Assembly: GCA_963796095.1 (NCBI GenBank)
Contig: CAWCKL010000013.1
Span: 55,028-119,027 of the forward strand
DNA length: 64,000 bases
Origin: an uncultured Acidobacteriota bacterium
Lineage (GTDB): Bacteria > Acidobacteriota > Terriglobia > Terriglobales > Acidobacteriaceae
Direction of reading: 5' to 3'
The notes beneath the pieces are model-generated. The model saw only the letters and a list, made by a program, of their open reading frames with translations, was not told the origin of the DNA and ran no database searches. The translations under genes were made by a program, and so were the position numbers. Shown here piece after piece: positions 56,459-64,000 of this stretch. Each line of letters opens with the position of its first letter. Position 1 is the first letter of the stretch.

Positions 56459-56666
56459 CCGCGAATCCAAGACCGCCGCTTCTGAAACCGGCGAGCGAAG
56501 AAAGTAGACACTAAATTATGCCGGCAGGTGTCTCAAAATCGTTGACAAGTTCCGCCCCGCACGCCGGACACTCCATCCGTTCAAAGTCAATGCGCCGGTT
56601 GTCAGTGACGAGACGATGTTTCAAGGGTTATTTGGTTCGGAGGTTTAGTCTTTCCCATCCCACTCA

Positions 56667-57224
56667 TCAAGCCAAACGCAAGCTCGCGAGCGACGCGCGA
56701 ACCGTTCCGCCACTCTGGTCAGGCAGAATTCTCAATTCAAGCACGGTCACATCGGTGAGATCCACGGCGTAGTCCTCAGTCTCCCGTACCGTCATAGGTG
56801 GGCTGAAATTCCATTGTTGGCGAACAATTTCTCGGAACGAAAGCCCGTGATCCGGCGACCATCTCAGGACGAACTCTTGTGTGCGTGGGGTTTCGGTTTC
56901 CTCGAAAACCAGCCAGATACGTTTGAGCCTTTGTGGTTGGTCGAATAGAAGTCGGATGATTTGGGATCCGGGCTCAGCAGCGCGCCAGCTTCGTCTCTCT
57001 CCGCGTTGCAGCGCATCTTCGATGGGATAGGCTTCATCCTTCGGTGTGACCTCGAGAATTCCAAAGTTGGCCAAATCGAGCCCATCTCGATCAAGGTGTG
57101 TGCGGTCGCCCGGAATCGGAGAAATCAAGCGTTTGCGCATACGCAACTGTGATGCCTCTTCGATAGCAGCCGGACCACAAGATTGTAGCGATTCAAACGG
57201 TTCCATGCCACAATGCATCGCCAC
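56667..57224 (-). CDS. hypothetical protein (possibly a jelly-roll/discoidin-like fold)
   Basis: 185-aa ORF with protein-like composition (IIRLLFDQPQRLKRIWLVFEETETPRTQEFVLRWSPDHGLSFREIVRQQWNFSP). The fold guess is by eye only. Confidence 0.5.
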   Translation of the reverse strand: MAMHCGMEPFESLQSCGPAAIEEASQLRMRKRLISPIPGDRTHLDRDGLDLANFGILEVTPKDEAYPIEDALQRGERRSWRAAEPGSQIIRLLFDQPQRLKRIWLVFEETETPRTQEFVLRWSPDHGLSFREIVRQQWNFSPPMTVRETEDYAVDLTDVTVLELRILPDQSGGTVRASLASLRLA

Positions 57225-57240
57225 TCGCCGTCAACCGCCA

Positions 57241-60200
57241 TCAGAAGTTTGTGTGATACCTACCATTTACGGAAACCCCTCCAGTCTGATCTCGTGTCAT
57301 GCTGACCGACCAGCGCTTGTTGAGCTGGTAGTCACCTTGGACCATCTCGTTTCCGGGTTGAGAGACGTCTGTCGAAAAGGTGAAGAGAAAATTCTTGGTG
57401 ACGCGTTGTTGGATGGCAACGCGAGCGGAGGGGCTTTGATTGGTCCCGCCGACGAGCGGATCGATCTGCAGGCTGGAAATGCCAGCGAGTTTCTGCACGC
57501 TACTGCTGAACTGACCCGCGGCCTGCGAAGCAATCATCGAATCTGTGCTCTGGCTGACAGCGTTGGCCTCCTGTGTAGTCTTGCCCTGCGCGATGAGGTT
57601 GATGATGTCAGCCGTAGCTAATGGAGGATCAGAAACATACGATGTGGTGAGCTTGTCGAAAGGGCCACGCAAGGTGAGTGTCAGATTGTACTGTTCTACG
57701 GTTGTGGTCACCGAGACATTCATCACTGGTTCAGTCTCGTTGGGATTTTCGAAGGTGATGATGCCGCGCTGAAGCTGGTAGCGAACATTCCGATAAAAAA
57801 GCTCACCAGAGGTCAGGTTGGTTCTGCCGATGATCACTGGGTTCGCGGCCGTGCCGATCACTCGCAAGTTCACATCTCCCTCCACGCTGGCCTGCGAACT
57901 GGTCGCGCTAAGCTGATCGGTCGATTGCACGCTAACGGCGAGCTTAATGGTATCGGCAAAGCCCGGTTGAGAAGGTGCTGCGCTGCCGCCGAACTGGTCA
58001 CTGAATTTCGCTAGGTCAAAGTCGGGTGTAAACGACAGGTTGTCGATCAGCACGCGCCCATTCAAGGTTGAATCCTGCGAGGTGCCGGTAAATGCAAGGT
58101 TGCTATTGAGCAACATTCTTAGACCCTCGGGGTACCGCAAACGAACGGACCTACTCTGTAAGGCGAGGTTGAATTGCAGGTTTGGCCGGTAAGCGATAAA
58201 GCCTCCCACCGATACCTGGCCGCCTCCAACCTGACCGGTAAGGCTCGAGATCTGCACCCGGTCATTGTCGATGTCGAGGGTTCCGTTCAGTTTCTCGACG
58301 CCAAGGGGAGTATTGGGACTCGACAAAGCGACGTCTTCCAGATGTACCTGCCCTTGAACTACTGGGCTCTTCGCGGAGCCGGTTGTGCGAATGTCGAGAG
58401 AAAGGATTCCCGAGCTCCGCACGTCCGGCTCAACAATACGCAGTACGCGAACGTCCATGGAGCCTTGCGCGGTGAGGTTGGGGGCGGTTGTTCCGTCGAG
58501 GGGAATACTGCCTTGCACGCGAAGCGATGTGCCGGTGCCGCGAATCTCGGCAGACTGAAGTGTCACGACGGAATGCGAATAGTCCGCTCGAAGTGGGCCT
58601 ACGGTGGCGATTTGAAGCGATTGATAGCTGGCGCTCAGCGTGGGAACTGTAAGGTGAGCCTCGACTCTGGACTTGTCCTTCAAAGGGCCCTTTAGCGCTG
58701 CGTGGAATTCGGTTTGGCCCTGGAAGCCATCAGGCAAGTTGGGTACGTACAGTGCGAGCAACTGATCGAGCGGAACGCTGGTGGTGTCAATTGTTCCCTC
58801 GGTGTAGTAGTCGCCGCTGAGATTCACCGCGCCATGTGCCTGAACCGAAGTCCTCGCAAGTTGGGAATGCAAAGTCAGATCAGCGCGATGATTGACTACG
58901 TGGACTTCTGCTTTCACTGCTGAGATTGAATTCTGCCGAAGTTGAAGCTGAGGCAGTTCGAGGACAGCAGTCACCTGGGGGTTGTCCAATGTTCCCGCTC
59001 CACTTGCAGACGCCGTCAACTTCCCTGCAATAGGCAGATTCTTAGCCTGCACCACATGGAGTCTTTGCAACACCAGGGACGGAGCGTTCAGGCTGACGCT
59101 GTACGCCTTGGTATTCGGAGTATAGGAGAGATTCACATTAGCCGAGCCCGCGGGTAGGCCGAGGTCCAGCGTGGAAGTCATGGAACCTTTGTCCGCGTGG
59201 AACCTTATCAGGAGCTTCTGGATGGGCTCGTCGTAAGCACGAGCATTCACGATCTTCGCAGAGCCCGCGCCGACGGGGTTGAGTTCAGAGCCGTGAAGCG
59301 AAATGTCCGCGGACAAATCGCCGGAAACGGGATACTGTAGATTCGCTAGCCGTTGCAAATCGGACACGGACATTTCTTGCACGGAAAGGCTAACAGCGAC
59401 CGGATCAGAAGGAAGATAAGACCAATTTCGCAGCCCCACATTGGCGCTGAAAGTAGCCTTTCCTTGTTGGGCATTGACGAGGGATCCGTTCTGTAACACG
59501 ATCTGCGAGGGGCTCGCCTGGACCATCATTTTCGCGCTGGTCCACTGACTGCCTTGTACCTTGAGACCGTGTGCGCTCAATTGCCCGGTGAGGCGAGGTT
59601 TATGCGCGGAACCTTGGACTAGTGCGTTCAGCTCGGCCGCACCCGAGATCGCCATTGCTACCGATTGACCGGAGCGGAGACCAGAAACCAATGCCACGAG
59701 CTGAGCCAGGTCGTCAGTCTTGGCCTGAATCTGCAGGTTCGAATGGTTGCTGACTTCGCCCGCTACTGCGAGCGTTGTCGAGGGAACGTGGAGGGTTGTC
59801 TGGCGGAAGGCGATGATATTTCGCGGGCCGTCGTAAGTCACGTGAATCGATCCATCGACGGGAACCGCGCTGGAGGAGCGATTCGTCCCACTATTGGCAG
59901 CAGCCCGCAGACTCAAGTCGGAATGGGCACTGATATTCTTGACGCTGCCCGCCCAGGACACGTCGGCAGTACCGTCGAGCCTGCCCAACAGGGCCAGAGG
60001 TTTGAGTTCCCGCCTGCGAATGGCTTGCTCCGCTGCCTGCAGCGAGATGCCCTTTAAAGAGGCTCGAATTCGAGATACTGCCGCGCTATCCATATGCTGA
60101 ATATTGACATCGGCATTGATTTGGCCTCCAAGCAGCTCAGCGCCGATGTTGTGCGCTTGCAACGTACCATTTGTGAGCTCATATCGTCCCTGGAGCCGGC

Positions 60201-61155
60201 GAAGCTCGAGGCGGCCTTCGGAAGACGCAGCTTCAAGTGCTTCGCTTGCGATATGGCCATCGATCGACACGCTCCGCAACAGTGGCTGGTCACTTGTTCC
60301 GTGGTAACGGATCTTGCCTGATAGCGAAACATCTCCAGCTGGAGTCAGAGCCCGCGACATCGCGGCAAAGTCTTGCGTGTGAATCCGAATATCATAGTCC
60401 CCTTCGAGCGTTGGATTCGTGTAGTCCGTCATATCCCCACGTAGGGAGATAGCCGAAGAACCAACCTTGAGCTCGGCCGATTCGAGCGATAGATCAGCGG
60501 GCGTTGCGCTGAATTTCGCGGTCAGGCTGTGGGGAAGAGTAGAGTGCCCCGCATAGCGCAGATGGCCGTTGTCGTACGAAATCCTACCGCTATAACGCCT
60601 CGCCAGAGGATCGAAGCGGATTTCTGTGCCAAGATCGTAAAGGTCGGCGACCAGCGAAGTTTTCTTGTCGTTGTAATCGATCTCGCCGTCGGTTAGGTTT
60701 ACATGCCCGACAGCCAAATCGAAAACACTAGTGCGGCTGCTGTTCTTGCTGGGCGGAGATTGTGGAATATTGCTTTTGCCTTCACGATCGACCCCCAAGT
60801 GCACCACCGGGTGGTCGACGAGAAGTTCCTCCAGCGTAATCTTGCGATGTAGCAGGGATTGAATCTTGAGACCGACTGTAAGTTTGTCGAGCTGCAGGAG
60901 TGGTAGTTGGTCGGGACGCTCGCTGCCATGAAGGGTGATGTTGTAGAGATGGGCGGTGAGCGTCGACAGTTCGAAATCGAAGTTACGAATCTCGGCTCGG
61001 CCGCTAGTTGCGTCGTTCGTTTCTTTCACAATTGTGCGAAGCGCGTATTCCTGGAAGCTGCGACTCTTCAGAAACAGATATCCTCCCACGGCGGCGGCGA
61101 AGACTAAGACTCCGAGAACCACGAGCGTCCAACGAATTGTGCGCCGCCAAGGCAT
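57241..61155 (-). CDS. tamB: translocation and assembly module protein TamB (AsmA-like)
   Basis: 1304 aa. N-terminal anchor WTLVVLGVLVFAAAVGGYLF. Long beta-rich repetitive body. C-terminal DUF490-like end ...QLNKRWSVSMTRDQTGGVSVNGRYHTNF. Confidence 0.85.
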   Translation of the reverse strand: MPWRRTIRWTLVVLGVLVFAAAVGGYLFLKSRSFQEYALRTIVKETNDATSGRAEIRNFDFELSTLTAHLYNITLHGSERPDQLPLLQLDKLTVGLKIQSLLHRKITLEELLVDHPVVHLGVDREGKSNIPQSPPSKNSSRTSVFDLAVGHVNLTDGEIDYNDKKTSLVADLYDLGTEIRFDPLARRYSGRISYDNGHLRYAGHSTLPHSLTAKFSATPADLSLESAELKVGSSAISLRGDMTDYTNPTLEGDYDIRIHTQDFAAMSRALTPAGDVSLSGKIRYHGTSDQPLLRSVSIDGHIASEALEAASSEGRLELRRLQGRYELTNGTLQAHNIGAELLGGQINADVNIQHMDSAAVSRIRASLKGISLQAAEQAIRRRELKPLALLGRLDGTADVSWAGSVKNISAHSDLSLRAAANSGTNRSSSAVPVDGSIHVTYDGPRNIIAFRQTTLHVPSTTLAVAGEVSNHSNLQIQAKTDDLAQLVALVSGLRSGQSVAMAISGAAELNALVQGSAHKPRLTGQLSAHGLKVQGSQWTSAKMMVQASPSQIVLQNGSLVNAQQGKATFSANVGLRNWSYLPSDPVAVSLSVQEMSVSDLQRLANLQYPVSGDLSADISLHGSELNPVGAGSAKIVNARAYDEPIQKLLIRFHADKGSMTSTLDLGLPAGSANVNLSYTPNTKAYSVSLNAPSLVLQRLHVVQAKNLPIAGKLTASASGAGTLDNPQVTAVLELPQLQLRQNSISAVKAEVHVVNHRADLTLHSQLARTSVQAHGAVNLSGDYYTEGTIDTTSVPLDQLLALYVPNLPDGFQGQTEFHAALKGPLKDKSRVEAHLTVPTLSASYQSLQIATVGPLRADYSHSVVTLQSAEIRGTGTSLRVQGSIPLDGTTAPNLTAQGSMDVRVLRIVEPDVRSSGILSLDIRTTGSAKSPVVQGQVHLEDVALSSPNTPLGVEKLNGTLDIDNDRVQISSLTGQVGGGQVSVGGFIAYRPNLQFNLALQSRSVRLRYPEGLRMLLNSNLAFTGTSQDSTLNGRVLIDNLSFTPDFDLAKFSDQFGGSAAPSQPGFADTIKLAVSVQSTDQLSATSSQASVEGDVNLRVIGTAANPVIIGRTNLTSGELFYRNVRYQLQRGIITFENPNETEPVMNVSVTTTVEQYNLTLTLRGPFDKLTTSYVSDPPLATADIINLIAQGKTTQEANAVSQSTDSMIASQAAGQFSSSVQKLAGISSLQIDPLVGGTNQSPSARVAIQQRVTKNFLFTFSTDVSQPGNEMVQGDYQLNKRWSVSMTRDQTGGVSVNGRYHTNF

Positions 61156-61163
61156 AACTTCTC

Positions 61164-64000
61164 CTAAAAGGCCTGACCTAGTGTGATGTAGTACTGGGTT
61201 GGGTTAAGGCCGGGCACAGGATTCAGGTTGCGCCCGACATCAATGCGAATGGGGCCGATCGGAGTCGAGTATCGAAGCCCAATTCCAACCGTGTTGGTGT
61301 AGTTAGTTACGAAATTGTTGAAGTTGATCGCGCTGTAGACGTTACCACCATCGTAGAACAAGACTCCGCCTAGAGCTTTCATGATCCCAAGCGGAAAGCG
61401 GAGTTCGGAGTTCAAGATGAAGAGTTGCCGTCCGCCTAGGGGCACAGTGACGTTGACGCATCCCGATTGACCCGTCAGAACATTGCAGAAGGGCACCAGG
61501 CTTTGCGGACCGGCTTGGTTGATTGGGAAGCCGCGCAGCGAGGTGCCGCCACCGGAGAAGTAAAGCTGACTAGTGGGAACAAAGCTCCCAGCGAAAGCTT
61601 TGACCAGGCCTAAACGGACGCTATTGGCAAATACTATGGAATGAAATGGTTTGTAGAAAGCGTATTGTCCGAAGAGCCTGGCGAAACTTGCGCTGGAGCC
61701 AAGAGCCACAGGGGTGATTGCCAGATCGACGGTCGTGTAAACGCCATGGTGCGCGTCCAGTGGCTTGTCGCGGGTGTCACGAATAAGCGTGGCAGAGAGT
61801 GTGGACAGGTGGATATTGCGGTCTTGCGGTAGTACGAGCTCAGGAACCAGCAAATGCGACAGGATGGTCTTGTTGAAATCGTAGCGAAGCTGGAGCCGGG
61901 TGTTGGTCTTTCGGCTCACCAGCCGTTCGACCTGGAACGATACATCCCCGAGGCCAGCCGCGAAGAGCGGATTCTCCGTCGTGTGCTCAACCGAGAAACT
62001 GGTCAGCGAACTCCATTGCGAAGCCAGGAAGTGCGGTTGTGCGTAGGCAGCAACCGCCAGTTGGTCGAGGCGCGAGAGCAGAAGCGAGGCGCTCGCGGTC
62101 TCTGCCAGCCCCCGCATATTTCGGCGCGCGAACTCAATCGAGCCACGCGGGCTGGCGAAAGTGGACTGGCTGGGTGCGATCTGATTGTTGCCTAGGCCAA
62201 TCGTGGGAAGCCCCGGCACGGCCACGGAGCCTGAGGGGATATTCCCGCCACGATGCGAGACCTCAAAACCGAATCCATAGATGATCTCATTGCGCTTGGC
62301 TTCGTGCACTTTGACCAGCGCTTCTTCCTCGGTCTGATCAGTAATCGGTTTTCTCGGGCCTACGCTAGACCAGTCGAAGACGTTGAGGTCATAAAGGCGG
62401 GTTTCCGCCTCCAGCAACTGACCTCTTCCCATGGGAGATTCGCGAGGAATCTGTGCTGTTTTCCTGATTAGCGAGAGCCGTGTTTGCTTTTGTCCGAGGT
62501 ATGCCACTTGGCTGACGCGCACCAAGTGCCCTTCCATGACGGCGTATGTAACATCTACGCGGTGGGGATCGTTTTGGCGGCGGCTCACCGCTGTTTTTAC
62601 CTCGGCGTTGAGATATCCACGGTTCAGATATGTGGCTGAGATTCGGTTGCGGTCTTCGGACAGGCGCCGTGCGGAGAACGGCGCACCGGATCGCAGCTCG
62701 AAGCCTTTGGGAGCGGTGAGCTGGTCGTAGGGAACGCTGCTGTTTCCGGTGACTCGGACGTCGGCGACCAACGTTTGCGGACCTTCTTCGATCTCAAAGG
62801 CTACGTCAATCTTAGGCTCACGGTCGGTGACTTGGGAAGTAATCTTGACCTCTTCGTAGCCCCGGTCCCGATAGAGGGCTTGCAGGTTATTGACGCTCTG
62901 CTTCAGCAGTTTCTGGCTGATACTGCCGTGCGACCAGATGTGAGATGTCTTTACCGCAACCTGGGCGAGCAAGTCCTTTTCGGGAATCTGGTAGTTTCCG
63001 CGAAAGGAGATGCGATCGACTTTATGCTTCTTCCCGCGATCGATTTCGTACACGAGCAAGATCTGGCCTGGCTGTTGCTGAAAATCGGTCTTTACCTCGA
63101 CGTCGAAGAAGCCTTTCTTCTGAAAATAGTCGACGAGATTCTGCTGACCTTCTTCCACGAGGTCGCGATCGATGGTGCCCTCGGAATAGATGGGAATGAG
63201 TTTCTTCATTTGCCGCTTGGACATGAAAGGAATTGCCGAAAGGCGGGCACCAATAGTGCGAACGCTTACCACCGGACCCAGTTCAACCTGGAAGGACACA
63301 TCCACCCGATTGCTGTCCGCATGATATTGCGGCGGATCCTCGTGAACGGTGCTGGCCAGACGGTGTTGTTGGGCGAGCGTTCTTTTGATCAGTGCTGTCG
63401 CAGCCTTAATGCGCTCTGGACTGTAGGGCTTTCCCGGCTTCAGGAGTGCTCCGGTGAATCTGGCGCGGAGTGAACGCAGCGTGCGAAGCAAGCGGGCGTC
63501 CTCGGGGTCGGCGGGACCCCGCACCTCAACTTTTCCGATGCGGGCCTGCTTTCCGAGTTGGGCGGGAAAGCTGATATTCACCAACTGATTCGCGTCGTCG
63601 ATCTGAGACTCAGCGCGCACCTGGGCCTGGAAGTATCCGTTTTTCTGAAGGAAGTTCAGGAACTCTGCTTCAGCCCCCGGAATGCGATCCTTGTCGTAGG
63701 GGTCTTCATCCGGAAGATTCACCACCTGCAAAAGACGCGTGTAGGGAAAGTATTTGTCAACGCCGGGAAATTCGATCATGCCAAGGTAATAGGGGGGCTC
63801 GAGGATAAAATTGAGCCGCAGTCCAGAGGGGTCTTGGATCACGTTGATTTCGACTTTGTTGAAGCCCCCATTCTTTTCAAGCGCCGCAATACTCGCTTGC
63901 ACGTTTGTCTGTGAATAAGCCTGTCCTGCTTTCTGAGCCACAAAGGAGCGCAAGGGCTCCACATCCCGATGGGGGTTCGCAATCAGGTCGACTGTGCTTA
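61164..64000 (-). CDS. BamA/TamA-family Omp85 protein with multiple POTRA domains (5' end beyond the right window edge)
   Basis: More than 945 aa. Repeated POTRA-like units, an Omp85 barrel with GGxxxLRGF (GGGTSLRGF), and a terminal ...YYITLGQAF. The frame stays open from 63962 to the window end (STVDLIANPHRD). The stop lies 8 nt before the tamB start. Confidence 0.85.
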   Translation of the reverse strand, partial: STVDLIANPHRDVEPLRSFVAQKAGQAYSQTNVQASIAALEKNGGFNKVEINVIQDPSGLRLNFILEPPYYLGMIEFPGVDKYFPYTRLLQVVNLPDEDPYDKDRIPGAEAEFLNFLQKNGYFQAQVRAESQIDDANQLVNISFPAQLGKQARIGKVEVRGPADPEDARLLRTLRSLRARFTGALLKPGKPYSPERIKAATALIKRTLAQQHRLASTVHEDPPQYHADSNRVDVSFQVELGPVVSVRTIGARLSAIPFMSKRQMKKLIPIYSEGTIDRDLVEEGQQNLVDYFQKKGFFDVEVKTDFQQQPGQILLVYEIDRGKKHKVDRISFRGNYQIPEKDLLAQVAVKTSHIWSHGSISQKLLKQSVNNLQALYRDRGYEEVKITSQVTDREPKIDVAFEIEEGPQTLVADVRVTGNSSVPYDQLTAPKGFELRSGAPFSARRLSEDRNRISATYLNRGYLNAEVKTAVSRRQNDPHRVDVTYAVMEGHLVRVSQVAYLGQKQTRLSLIRKTAQIPRESPMGRGQLLEAETRLYDLNVFDWSSVGPRKPITDQTEEEALVKVHEAKRNEIIYGFGFEVSHRGGNIPSGSVAVPGLPTIGLGNNQIAPSQSTFASPRGSIEFARRNMRGLAETASASLLLSRLDQLAVAAYAQPHFLASQWSSLTSFSVEHTTENPLFAAGLGDVSFQVERLVSRKTNTRLQLRYDFNKTILSHLLVPELVLPQDRNIHLSTLSATLIRDTRDKPLDAHHGVYTTVDLAITPVALGSSASFARLFGQYAFYKPFHSIVFANSVRLGLVKAFAGSFVPTSQLYFSGGGTSLRGFPINQAGPQSLVPFCNVLTGQSGCVNVTVPLGGRQLFILNSELRFPLGIMKALGGVLFYDGGNVYSAINFNNFVTNYTNTVGIGLRYSTPIGPIRIDVGRNLNPVPGLNPTQYYITLGQAF

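Noticed and set aside
1-64000. Search for tRNA, rRNA, tmRNA and CRISPR arrays
   Set aside because: I saw no cloverleaf-like sequence, no rRNA-like conserved block and no array of three or more regularly spaced repeats in the intergenic regions. This was a by-eye scan only; tRNAscan-SE or Infernal should confirm it.

Overview
A 64 kb, roughly 58-60% GC segment. Its gene content suggests an Acidobacteriota-type chromosome: TonB-dependent receptor with CarboxypepD_reg N-terminus, GloVer-repeat proteins, an ECF sigma/Ser-Thr kinase pair, and Gly-rich TolC paralogs. This taxon call is inference only. The core-like genes are intact: two tandem tolC-like genes, truA, an aldehyde dehydrogenase, a LeuA/HMGL-like synthase, an S9 peptidase, cspA, queG, the ECF sigma plus kinase, a 1121-aa TonB-dependent receptor, and tamB plus a BamA-like Omp85. 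Between about 12 kb and 56 kb the window is accessory and heavily decayed. It holds an IS630 element with TA duplication inserted into yihY, an IS110 element, an IS91-like element with 35-bp terminal inverted repeats (IRs) and a scrambled integrase, and an ISNCY/IS1202-like element with a 16-bp target duplication splitting an alpha/beta hydrolase. It also holds two group II intron 3' remnants, an IS701 fragment, a tandem mini-element, and many frameshifted accessory genes (GloVer/IPT, FG-GAP, PQQ propeller, Sel1, RDD, brnT). No tRNA, rRNA or CRISPR array was seen. The strongest candidate for something undescribed is a tightly coupled five-gene block at 40.17-46.14 kb. It encodes a 917-aa helical protein, a J-like protein whose HPD motif reads PPD, a GrpE-like protein, an Hsp70 and an overlapping 88-aa zinc ribbon. 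Mobile-element debris flanks it on both sides. All family calls rest on motifs read by eye from the translations, and no database search was possible.
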